From positions 310,001 to 374,000 of the forward strand of contig MU058065.1 in assembly GCA_013265495.1 (NCBI GenBank): a stretch of DNA of 64,000 nucleotides, in the 5' to 3' direction. Shown here in pieces: positions 12,364 through 24,496 of this stretch. Within the stretch, counting starts at the first letter, position 1, and each line of letters opens with the position of its first letter. The notes beneath the pieces are model-generated. The model saw only the letters and a program-made list of their open reading frames with translations. It was not told the origin of the DNA and did no database searches. The position numbers and the translations under genes were made by a program. This stretch comes from Vicugna vicugna (lineage: Eukaryota).

Positions 12364-14935
12364 CCTACCCTACCCACCCTGTGTGGTGGGACACACGTGC
12401 ACACGTGCACACATGCACACATGCACGTTGTGGTGGTGGGGGGTGGGAGCACCCAAACCATCTGCCTTGTATCCTCGCCAACACTGTGACGCTACAGGGT
12501 GTTCCTGGTGAAATGTACCAACTAAAGAAACATACATATTGCAAAAATGGTCCTTAATTCATAAGTAGTGGGTGTGACACAGACATTTAAACATCACTGT
12601 GAGTAACTGCTACAGTTGAAAGGCAAAAGGACAAATCTCCTGGAGAAGGAGAGAGCTAAGATTGACTTGAAGGGACAGTGGATCTCCGATTAAGCAACAG
12701 AAGGCTGAGGTGAGTCCACCCTGACGACATTCCAGGCCCTCACCTGTGTCACCCATCACCGAGGTGATGACTTCCTCTGCTTCCTTTCACCTGCTCCATG
12801 TGCCATCCTCAGCTGGGCTCATCCTCAGCCAGGTTACTTCATGCCCCACCTGAAGAAGTCTCATGGCACTCAAGGGAGGCCAGGGGCCCACATTATAGAG
12901 CCATGTGGAAATTTAAAATATCCTTGGTGTTCTTCAAGGTTCCCAAGGAATTTTAAAGCACACTTACTCCAGGAACTCCACTCCAAAGCTTGAAAATGCG
13001 TTGCCATACACGTGTGAATTAATGCATCACACACTTTACAGCTAGATATGGTGCTTTTTCAGTGCTGTCCACTCTCGTCAGCACTTCTGGATATTAAAGC
13101 ATACAGGACTCTGGCCTAAGAAGAGTGCAATTTCTGGTTTGGACATCAGCTATTAACTTCTCTTTTTGCAAGCCTACTGTGGTCTTGCCAAATTATAAGT
13201 GGAAATGTTTAAGTCATTTTAGTTCCTTATACCAAATTGCGTATCAAATCAAATCAAATCAAGTGTATGTGCTCCAAGCTGGGGGTTGAGGCCACGGGTT
13301 AAGATCAAGACCGTCTGTGAGAATCTGCCATTTGTAAGGCAGAGGTTTATGAACTGTGTCTCTCTGTATAGAAATGGTAAGTTGAAAATATAAACTAAAT
13401 TTCTACATACAGTTCACAGTGGTTCAACTGTCACTTTATTTCTGAACACGTGGGGGAATTTTTCTCTTGTGCTTGGGCACCAACATTCTAGACTAGCGTC
13501 TTAAGTGTCAGCCATTTTTCTCTCTGTATTCGAAAAACAATTTCATAGAATGTTACCCATATTCATTCCAAGTCTCTTTTTGTGTGTGTATTTTTCTCTT
13601 TCTATAACAGAACACTTTTTTCTGCATTTCATCACTTTTTATAGCCAAGGAGTAATTCCTTTCAATTGATTAAACTGCAAGGCTGAAAATCATAATGATA
13701 CTACTGCAGATATCATTAAAAATACATTCAACTGAATAACAACAACAAAATCCTTTTAACTGCATTTCCTTTGTTCTTTATCCACAGAGGAAATATATTC
13801 CGAGCACCCAATTTTGAAAGGTGAGGTTGGCTAGCCTTAGGGTTAAAACTCATGAGAGATACGAAGTTTGCTAGAAAGCCAAGCAATTGACTGTGTACTT
13901 AAGTGGTAAATTAACGTGCACTTTATGTAAAGATAGATTTACACAATCTTGCCTTTACTATCTTCCCCACACCAGGTTTGTGTGTGTCCATGTGGTGTCT
14001 TATGCTCTATTGAAACCGTAAAAAAGGACAAGAGTTCACAAATTTCATAAAAGGTAAATTTGCAGAGAATTGTATGTATTGTGTTAATGACTTTCCTCGA
14101 TAAACACTGCTTCTTAGGTAGTTTCATCGACATTAAAGCAAGAGTTGCTTCACTGGGGCATTTATTTTACTTTAATATTTTGTGGCTGCCAGTGTCCCAG
14201 GATTTTTCAGGAAAAAGGGAAGCAGATAAATTACAGAAACTAATAACTTCTCCAGTTTAAATATATTTAAAATCCTTCATGATCTAATTATTTTTCTAGA
14301 TCTACTCTGTGTTCCGTTCTGCCAGACAAGGAATCCCATCATTGTGAATTCAACACTGCTCTTTTTAGAGTGGATTTTTTTCCCCAGAGGAAGTTTTTCA
14401 TCTATATTCATCCTGATGGTTTATGCCATTTGCTATTCATCGTGGGTAAATTACATTGAAGGTGTTCGTAACGGCCAAACATGGCTGAGAAAAGTGGTAA
14501 CTAGGACTCGTGACAAATCAGAGAGTTGGAGAAATGTGAGCTTTTAATACATGAGTGAAGTGCTGTTTAGGGAAAATGAACAGGGGCTTCTCCTTGTCAA
14601 AGGGAAGAAGTGTTACTTATAAGTGGAGGAGGACGTGGTTGTGACTTGGACACATATCAGATCTCTCGTCTTGTGAGTCATCTTCAGACACACCCACACC
14701 CCTCGCCGACTCATCTCTGTTCCATTTTTTCCAAGGTTGCCTTAAGGGTCAGCATTGTATCCAGCTGGGCACTGAGTCAGCTTTTGTATTGGTAAAAGGG
14801 AAGGAGCTCAAATTGTTAGCATTTGACTGGAAAAAATTAAAAATTGTTATTCTTATGCTGTGTATTAGGAGAAGGAACTTTCTGTTCTTTAGATTTTGTT
14901 TCACTTATCATATAGACACATTGACTTTTACTATT

Positions 14936-15316
14936 TGCTATGGGTTGACTGGTGTTCCACACAAATTCATATGTTGAAGCCCTAAGCTCCGACATAACTA
15001 TATTTGGAAATAGAATCTCTCAAGAGGTAATTAATATTAAATGAGGTCATAAGGGTGGTGCCCTAAACCAACAGGACTGGTGTCCTTATAAGAAGAGGAA
15101 GAGACACTAAGGTTGTGCATGTACAAAAGAAAGGCCACGTTACGACAGTGAGAAGGTGGCCATCTACAAGCCAGGGAGAGAGGCCTCAGGAGATAACAAC
15201 CCTGGGGACAGCTTGATACTGGGTTTTTAGCCCTCAGAACTTTAAGAAATAAATGTTTGTTGTTTAAGCCACCCAATCTGTGGTATTTTGTTATGCAGCC
15301 CTAGCTGACTAATACA
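14936..15316 (+). mobile_element. MaLR solo LTR (MLT1A0-like) with 5-bp TSD
   Basis: TG...CA termini (tgctatggg...gactaataca); perfect TSD CTATT at 14931-14935 and 15317-15321. Confidence 0.92.
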
Positions 15317-18198
15317 CTATTGATTAGTAGTTCCAAAGAAATCACATTGTCAAAAACGAGTCCATTGTGTTTATTTCTATCACTTGTATGTGTGTTTAAG
15401 TGCTGTTATCATGATGTTCTCTTATTTAGTGAAAACATATCCCAAACCTTAATGGCTTTATTGCCTTATAATTAAGGAGACTGCAAAAAACCTAGAATTT
15501 TTTTTCTGAGAATATGGTAACCCAGCCAATGGTAATATTGGAAGATCTGGGTAATTAAGAAATAGGCAACCTAATTATCAAAAACACTTGTGAATACAAG
15601 GCCATCAGCATGTGGGCTCCTGAAGAGGCTGAAAAGAACTGCATGTTGTATCCATCTGTGTTTCTGGAAGACTCACCACCTTGAACAGGTGAGTCTGAAA
15701 TGTAAGTGAAAACACAATAGCTATCCACGCACTTTGCTTGAGAGAATCCATCCTTAAAGGCAGGCACTCTTGCCGTTGGATGATGTGGTAGGAAGATATT
15801 AACCAACAAACATGTGGTTAGAAATATTAACCAATGAACATCAAGGGATGACATGGGAATTGCTACAGTAGAACAAAAGAACTGAATTCTTGGCTTGTTT
15901 TTTTAAGCCCTAAAAGTGAGTTACACATCCAACGCTGATGAAGAGAGAGTAACTTCTTTCTCTTCTTGCCCTTCTAGATAAATATTCCATGGGTTTGGCA
16001 TGAGATGAGAGTCAAATTTGAAGAATAAAGTTTAGATGCAGGAGGCCATTGAGAAGCAACCCAGAGCTAGCTTAGGCAAGTAGTAAGGAAGAGACATCTG
16101 AAGCCCCTGATGGTCATCCAGAGGTTGGGTCACCTGAGAGTTGAGGAGAACTATTCTTTGCTTCCTGAGTACAGCTCTTAGATACGACAATTTTCCTGGC
16201 CTCTAAGACATTCTCCATGGCAGGGGTTAGAAGCTCTGAGTAGAAACGTTTGGCCACATGGGCCAGAAATAAGCTCACAGAGTTTCTTCTCTCCTAGTTG
16301 TACACTTCCTGTGTTCATGAGGGGCTCAGATGTAGAGCTATGGAGGTCTAATCTCACCACAATGGTCTCTATAGCTCAGCCACTAAAGGGCTGAGACTCT
16401 GAAGATGTTTCAGGTGAGCCGGCAACTGGGACCCCTGGGCTTCTTGATCTTGCTCTATGCATACCCATCGGACCAAAGGGCCGTCTCTGGGGATGACCCT
16501 GAAATTTGTGAGATTATGTTTCTCTCTTCCTTCTCCTCTGCCAATGAAACGAGCGCTCCAAAGAAAACACTGAGTTTACTGTAAAACTGGAAACATTTTG
16601 TTTCTTGCACATCTGGGTTTGGGCCTCAGGGCCATGGCTGCTACATCTGTGCACCAGCAGTCAGTCTTAACCGATGGCCGACGGCAACCAGTTCCCACCT
16701 GGTGGAGTGAAAGTGTTTTGTGTTTGGGAGGTAGAGATGGGGGAGGTAAGCCCAGTTTGTCCCCTCGGGCCTTGATGACACAGCTCTAAAATTTGTTTAC
16801 TTTAAAATATTGGGAAATTCTGCTCTAAAGATTGATTGATCTCTTAGGGCTGTGTGGGGAATACGTGCCTCTAGTTTCGTATTTTTTATCTTCTTTTAAA
16901 TCCCAAGAGACTAGTCACAACCTAACCTTCAACCCGATGATGTGTATAGATTATATGAAGGTTTGGGTATGGTCCCGAGAAAGCTGAAGCAAGCTAGATT
17001 CTTACGACCAACAGGAGTAAATGCAGTTGCCAACTGACTTTGGAGCCATGCTGGCCTTCTTAGAACAGTCGGGATCTGGGAGAAACTGGATCAGGGACAG
17101 AGACCAGGGACAGAGGACATCAGAACCCGGACAGCCCGAGGCCTGCCCTTCCCCAGCACGTGCTCATCTTCCCAGTTTCAGCTAGAGCCAGACTGGTCTT
17201 CTGGGGACTACGTCTTCCCCCGGAGGGCATTTCTTAAGTGCTCCTAAACAAATTATCATTTACCTAAATGATTCTGCTCCTGACCACATTCTTAATGATT
17301 TGAGAGCAAATCTATTTCTATTCCTTGTGTGTCCTCTTATAAAAACTACCCTCCCCACCCTATGCTTTGCAAATAGTTCTTTTTGCTTGGCAAATCCCTG
17401 AAGGTCTACCAACATGTCTTACTAGGGATGGAAACTCCAGTGTCTCCTTTGGGTGCCTCAAAAGCACAACCCATCCAGGGCATAATAATCGTTTCCTTAC
17501 TGCTTGACCACCCACTGATCCTCTTAAAATCACCTGCTTCTCTACTGCCTTTTGTTACAGAGCTGTTGTCGGGAGGCAGGTGGAGAAGAGGCCCTACAAT
17601 TTGCCATGTGCTACCTGCCCGAATGGGTTAGTCCTGGGAAGCAAGGCTGGGGTGTGCTTTGTCAAAAAGAGCTCCGGTAGAATTAGTGACCCGAACAGAA
17701 GGCACTTAGCAGGTGCTGGGGGACTGGGTATTGAGTATTGGGAAGAGACCTGAAGGTAGGACTAACAGCCCTGAAGCTTCCTTCCAGAAATTGCCAGTGG
17801 AAAAATACGTCTTTCCCAAAAAGTATTGCTGATACGGCAAGGAAATAAAGAGAAACCAGGGAAGAATGCAGATCAGATGTCTACTTTTGGCTCTGTTGAC
17901 GTCAAACCTATTTTCCTTCCTAGAGGGATGCTTGTCTGTGGCTGGACAGAGCTCATCAGCTGAAAATAACGCACGACCTCTACCCCAACACCATTAGGAT
18001 TGCATTTCCAGCCACGAAGAGCCACACACTAGCTGAGACTGACGAACTGCAAATACAAGGATGCAGTGAACCCCAGTAACACAGTTGAGTGAAGGAGAAC
18101 CACATCTTCAGGCATCCAAACATGTTAATTTTATTCAAACAAGAAGAAAGAGCTCTACTCCTTTCCAAAGCAAGCACAATTTAGCAAGGGCCATAGGA

Positions 18199-18436
18199 TG
18201 GTGGTTCTTAACCAGGGGTGACCCTCCCCACCCTTCCCTGTTTGCTGCCGCAAGGGACATGTGGCAATGTCTGGAGACATTTCTGGTGGTCATAACTGAG
18301 GGTTGGGTGATTCTACTACATCTAGGGAACAGAGACCAAGGATGTTACAAAACATCCTACAATTCAAAGGACATCTGTCCACACCCAAGAATTATCCTGC
18401 TCAAAATGTGAGCATGCTGCCATTGAGAAACTGTTG
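18199..18436 (+). mobile_element. MER20 hAT-Charlie MITE
   Basis: gtggttcttaaccagggg...gggacatgtggcaatgtctggagacattt...aagaattatcctgctcaaaatgt...ttgagaaactg. Confidence 0.85.
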
Positions 18437-20026
18437 TCCAATGTTAATTTCAAATAGGTTTCAAAATCGAGTGGGCACTCACAACGCAACATCTCTCATC
18501 AGATTGCTCTTTGGACATCTGCTACTGATTAGACATATAGAAAAGTAATTTACAGTTCAAATCACTGTAAAAAAATGACTTACACTTAAAATATAAGCTG
18601 ACAAACCTGCTTCTTTTTTTCAAGGAAGTGATTTATAAACAAAGAATGCTGCTTAAAAAAAATTTTTTTTTGTTTCTTTATTTCCAGGAAATATTCTTGC
18701 CTTTCTGTGTGTCAGTGAATGTGACATCTTTATAGAATTTTCACACATTTAAAAATGAATAATAAGCAAACATTTAAAAACCAGTTTATTGAACTATGGA
18801 TTGATTCTATCCCTCAGATGCACACATGGAGTTTTTTTTTTTTAATTCCAGATCTTATGAAGAACAAAGATGTTTACTGTATATGAGAATGTACCCTGTA
18901 CTTAAACACTCCCCAGAATATGCATCTTTTTTAGCTTTGAGAAGAAAATTGACCATGCATCATGAGAAAGATTACAGCTTATTCCTAGCATGTCTAAAAC
19001 TTGAGTCATCAAACTTTAAAAGCTTCACGAGGGCCTTATACTTTTAACCGCTTAGAAATTGTCATGTGCCGGGATGCCCTTGGGCCTGGGGGATGATGCA
19101 ATGTTTACTGTGGCATTTTGGGTGTAGGCAGTGGTTCACCTTTCCACGGGACCCCTCTATTTTGCATGTTGGGAGATGATCATGATGTTATAAGACTCTT
19201 AATTCAATGACAGCGTGACTTTATGATAGTTCATCAAGCAGTTGGATTGATGATAAGAAACATTTTCAAAGACAGAACCTTAATACAGACTTTGTAAGCA
19301 CTTATGAATTCACATCAATAGGATTCATAAGCCTGCTGTCGTTAGGCTAGTGTGTGTCTCTATTACGTGAGACTAATTTTACTTAATCTTCATTAATTTT
19401 CAATTTCTACCCTGTCTCCTCAGTTCCTGCTTTATTCTCTTAATTACAGCTTATGCTTAGCTTTGCTGATACTAGAAATCAAAATTAAATGAGGAAAGAA
19501 AGCCAAGTCCAAATTTGTTTCGGTGGTCAGTTTCGGAGGATAAAACTGTTCCTTGAATATGGAGATGGAAGTTCTTGTGTGTGTGTTTGCGCGCGTGCGC
19601 CACTGTGTATGTCTACCTTGTTTTAATTCCCACAGAAATTAGCTCCTTCCCCCAAATGTATCAGTTTCTATCTGAAATGGCTGGAGCTTTTTCTATCTAG
19701 AAATATCTTATTGAAATATTCAGAGTCATACTATTGTTAGTATTTAGAAGTTGTATAGCATTACTAAAATATGAGCTATTTTGCTATAAATTATAGCAAT
19801 CATTCTCTATAGCAACTAGTTATATATATTTTATACACACACACACACACACAAAACTGAAGATTTCCGGGAGTCTTTTTTGAAGGGAATTGTAGACTGT
19901 CGTAGTCAATCACATAACTGAACTTTCAGTGTCAGTTGACACTTACCATTTAATCAAATTTCCAAGCACTTGATCTTCCTAAATTAGTTTTTATATTATA
20001 ATATTGGGTTGAAATTTTTATATCTT

Positions 20027-20164
20027 CTTTAAATTAATTTTTTTGGGGGAACAGGAGGTAATTAGGTTTATGTATTTTATTTTTTAATGGCAGTACTGGG
20101 GACTGAACCCAGGACCTCGTGCATGTGATGTGTGTACTCTGCCACTGAACTATACCCTCCTCTC
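20027..20164 (-). mobile_element. tRNA-derived SINE (Vic-1-like) with TSD
   Basis: gtactggggactgaacccaggacctcgtgcatg...ccactgaactataccctcc; TSD TTTTTATATCTT at 20015-20026 and 20165-20176. Confidence 0.9.
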
Positions 20165-20449
20165 TTTTTATATCTTTATTTCTGTTTCCTTTTTTTTTTT
20201 CTTAATTTTCTTGGCGATTTTTAAAAACCCCTGCTTTTCTCCTGAATCTTCTGCCACGGTCATTGCATCCCTCTGCGCCAGTGCTGAAAGCTGTCCCCAG
20301 CCCCTCTCTGACACTGTCACACCCAGCCATTCCAGACTGTTGTAGAAGCCACATTTCATTCACTGTCAGCTCCAGTGCTGCTAGAATAGTGGAGGTGTCT
20401 GAGTTTTTGTTCATTCCCCATGACAGTGTCAGAAAAGGAATGTAGGTAT

Positions 20450-20645
20450 AAAATAGATAAACTACAAGGTCCCACTGTATAGCACAGGGAACTACATTCA
20501 ACATCTTGTGATAACCTGTAATGGAAAAGAATCTGAAAAAGAATATATATCTACATGTATAACTGAATCACTTTGCTGTATACCTGAAACTAACACAACA
20601 CGGTAAATCAATTATACTTCAATAAAAATAGATCAAAAACTAAAA
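20450..20645 (+). mobile_element. 5'-truncated L1 3' end with 19-bp TSD
   Basis: ctgtatagcacagggaactacattcaa...cttcaataaaaa; TSD AGAAAAGGAATGTAGGTAT 20431-20449 / AGAAGAGGAATGTAGGTAT 20646-20664. Confidence 0.92.
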
Positions 20646-21599
20646 AGAAGAGGAATGTAGGTATCTTGTGGCTGTAGCCAATGTATTGTCATGTCCACTT
20701 TGTCACCAATAAAAATGTAATGAGGGCAGAGGAAGAATGTCTTCCTCATCTCCACTTTAGAATGTCCAGTTTAAAAATGTACTTCTGATGAATTGTCTCT
20801 AAAACAAACTTTTCTGCAGAAAAAGGTAAAAATTTATATTGTGATCCAAACCTAAAACAAAACCAGATACCTATTGCCAGAAGCTCAGTCACGACTAAGC
20901 ATTGCTGGCTGGTGGAATGAGTCTGGACAATATCACCAGCAGCCCTGAAAGCTGGCACGAGACCCTTTTAAACTATTTTCCATATCTGCTACCAACACAG
21001 AACTAAAGCATCAATCAGAAAGGACAACGGCTGCCCTGGCGTCACAAGGGTGCACCCATTCTCCTCCTCCTTCTCAACTAAACTAAAACTCCTAGAAAGC
21101 AACTGGGTATAAGGGAAAAGGGAGGTGAGGCAGGAAAGGGGCAGGAGAAGATGATGGCAGGTGAAAGTCAAAATAGAATGAGTCCCAGTTGTCTCGTATT
21201 TACTTACGTGATCCATTTGTGCAAAGCCAGAGAGCCCAACAACGGGGTTGAGAAGACCCAACCTGTTCCACAGGGTTATCCAAGTTACCGAAGCGGAATT
21301 CGGCTAAAAGTCACAGGCACATCCACCTGCCATCCACGTGGCGATCTGAAAAGGAAAGTTGACTAGGAACCAACCGGACAAAGAAGAGAGCCAACAGGAA
21401 TACATACATCCTGTCTTTTGGACTCTGGGTCTGGACAGATCTCTTATTTCAACAGGAAAAAAATACATATCTAAATACAAGAGAAGAAAAGTAGAGTATT
21501 ACCCAGAAGACACAAAGAAAGAGCAGAAGTCTGAAAAACATTTACTCTTGGAATGAGAAAAAAATTTAGAAAACTAGCATCACTGTGGGCTAAAAAAAG

Positions 21600-22380
21600 G
21601 AGACAGGAGCACTGTAAAGTAGGACCAAGAATCCATTTCAGATGAAGTTGTAGTTGGGTAAATTAGAAATCTGTTGTAGAAAAATGAAGGTACACTAACG
21701 GAATTCAAGCAGGGATGAGCAGAAGCAGATTATTATAAATAATCCAGTCTATGTCATAAACAATATCAGTAATAATAATAACAACAACAATAGTAAAAAC
21801 TAGAGAAGTTCTACCAGGATGTAAAGGAAAAAAAAAAACAACCCAAAAAACAAGGGTTGAAAACAATGAGAACAAGTGGTAAGTGTGGAGAACAAAGAAT
21901 AGGGCGCCAACCTCAGAATTATAGGTGTTTCAGGAGAAAAAGAAATAACCAGTAGAACAGAAGCAATTATTCAAAGATATAATTAAATAAAAGTTTTCAG
22001 AGTTGAAAAAAAGAATGAACGAGCAGATCAAAAGGACTCACTGTGTTCAGAGTGAATTAAATGAAAAGAGAACTTTGTAGCGTTTGAATTACAGGGATGG
22101 AGAGGGAGAGGGTCTAAGCATTCATGCAGAAAAAATAGGTGAAAAACAAAAGAACAAAGCTAAGCTGGCCTTAGATTGATTTTTTTTCCCCCCTCTCTGG
22201 ACACCATGGAGCCATGCCTACAGAATTTTGAAGGAAAAAATTGTACATGAGCATAGAAATTCAAGAATAGTGAAACCAAGGTACCACTTGACTGCTCCAA
22301 CACCCAGTGGTAACGAGACAAGGGTAGCAACAGTTTGCTTCCCAAGTCCCAGGGCAAACTGTCATTCCAGCCTGTGTGTT
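21600..22380 (+). mobile_element. Ancient L1 ORF1 / HAL1-like fossil
   Basis: Decayed ORF1p motifs: gccaacctcagaattataggtgtt (ANLRIIGV) near 21906, gagcagatcaaaaggactcac (IERAH-like), gcaaactgtcattc (KLSF) near 22354. Confidence 0.65.
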
Positions 22381-22642
22381 TAAACTGGCCACGTTGATCA
22401 AGCCACAAGAATCTGAAGGACTTGCTGCCTCTTTCTATGCTATTATTTGGAAGAAGTCTAAAATCCTTTCACTGTAAATCATTGCTTGTTGTTAGCAGAA
22501 CCTCTTTTTAACCAGCCACCAAGTCATCTGACACAGTGTGTCATGTTTCTTTAGATAAAATCTACCACTGAATCTCAGAAATACGTATATTGATGGCGAT
22601 TGATAAATGCTATCAAACAACTCTTCTGTTATCAAAAGGAGT

Positions 22643-22878
22643 CAGCATGACAGAGTGATTAAGAATGAGTTCTGTGGGCAGAGGCCGGGGTTTTAATTAC
22701 TCCTTGCTCTGCAACTTACTCCTCACATCTCGGGCGAATCATTTAATCTCCAGGGGTCTCAGTTTTCTCCACCGGTACAATGGAAATACAGTAGACTTTT
22801 CTGCACAGCATTTTTGTAAGGCTAAATAAATCAACTCATTTAAGGTACTTAGCGTCTGGCACACCTGCTGCTCAAAAG
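22643..22878 (+). mobile_element. MIR SINE
   Basis: tcgggcgaatcatttaatctc...ctcagttttctc...taaggtacttagcgtctggcacac. Confidence 0.8.
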
Positions 22879-24240
22879 AGAGGCATGTACACTCTAGGTA
22901 ACACGGTGAAACGTGTGGAGGAGACATCACTTCAGACAGGAAATACATACTAACGCATTTGTGCTTTCTTCCTATTGCGTGGTTTCTTTTTTTCTGTGCT
23001 TCTCTAGTTCACAAGACTTTATGAATCACTTTGCATTACTCGTTGAACAAAGTCTAAGTTTAAAGAAAAATGGTCCCTTAAAAATAAAAATAAACGATAG
23101 CTATGTATTCTGATTCCACATTTATTACAGCAATAATGGACTGTACCATGGAAGGCGTCAGTTCTAATCCCACTCCTTTCCTTCTCTCTGAACTTGAATT
23201 TTTCTTAGTACCCAGGAGGGCAAGGACAGTATTTCCTCCTAGGGGCTCCGTGGACATAGATGTTGCTTTACCCTCATCCTGGCTACACTAAGGATTCCCG
23301 TGCCTTGTTTGGCTTTCCTTTATGAAAGGTTTCGTCCTAAAGAAGTGCATAGAAAGAGAGCAGAGCCGAGGAGGTTTGGGGCAAAATCATTACTGAGATC
23401 TGTCTCATTTCTGTCATGCCTGTTTCCTCTGTCAGTCTGTCCTCAGCTATGGCCGTGAAGGAATGAATGGGTTCCAGCTGCTCTTGTGGTGCAGCGTTCT
23501 CCATCATCTCACACGTCCACGTCGAATGCGATGGTGGAATCAATCACCCAGCTCCTGCCTTGACCTACTGGGAGAATGAGCGGATTTGGGTATTTACTAG
23601 ATGGCTAAGGTTTTTGAAGTGTTAGGGAATGTAACGCTGCTGGTTTCAATTTTCTGATTTTTAATTTTCGTTCATCAGCCTGTCCTTTGCTTTTTTTGGG
23701 GCCTTATTCCGTGATAGATAGGACGTGGCAGAACTGTTTCAGAAAACCATCCTTCACGTCTGTGCTCTAATGCCACATCTCCTGCTAACAAAACCTCTAT
23801 GGTTTTAGTGGCCAAGTCCTAGGCCATGTATTCCATGTCAATAATTGAACATTTCACTTCTGGAGAAAAACCAGGCATGTAGCCATGGTTTGTAAGCATC
23901 TCACAAAGCATACTTTGAGATGTGTTTTTTTTTTTAACCAAGCATTTTTGCACATTATCCCACTTCTTCTGAATATTATTTATTTTTTGTTCAATGTCAC
24001 CGTCAGTTCTGCTTACTTTGACATCCATCTCTCCAGCTGTTTTCAATTTTTCTAAATGTGTTTTTTGTTGTTGTTTTTGTGCATTCCCACAGTCTCCCTA
24101 CTGAAGGATTTTAATTTAGTGCCTTATTGGATGTTATCAGCACTATTTTTGTGTCAATTCTATTAAAGCCAATCTCCTAGATATGGGATTGTCATAAAAG
24201 CAACCCTGCGTGGTAACCGTTTGGAGCTCTGGTTTCTGGT

Positions 24241-24496
24241 AATGATGAGCTAAAATCACCGAGAAAGCTTACCGTGTGCCCCACACACCAAGCTAAGTGC
24301 TTTATTTGTGTGGATTGCCTTAAATCCTCCCAGAAACATAGGAATCAGGCACTATTCTAAATCACCATTTTACAAATAGGCCAACTGTGGTTTAGAGAGG
24401 TTAAATAGCCGTGCAAGTTTATACAGAAGTGTCAAGAGTCTTTGGTTCAATTTTGGCCAAAGCCCATTCTCCAAACTTCTACACTATGCTGCCTCT
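24241..24496 (-). mobile_element. MIR SINE
   Basis: gcttaccgtgtgcc...gctaagtgcttt...ccattttacaaatagg...tagagaggttaaata...cactatgctgcctct. Confidence 0.8.

Noticed and set aside
12390..12428. Alternating purine-pyrimidine tract with E-boxes (CACGTG/CACATG)
   Set aside because: A degenerate (CA/TG) microsatellite, which is ordinary in mammals.
15686..15694. Consensus donor CAG|GTGAGT
   Set aside because: No convincing upstream acceptor or reading frame.
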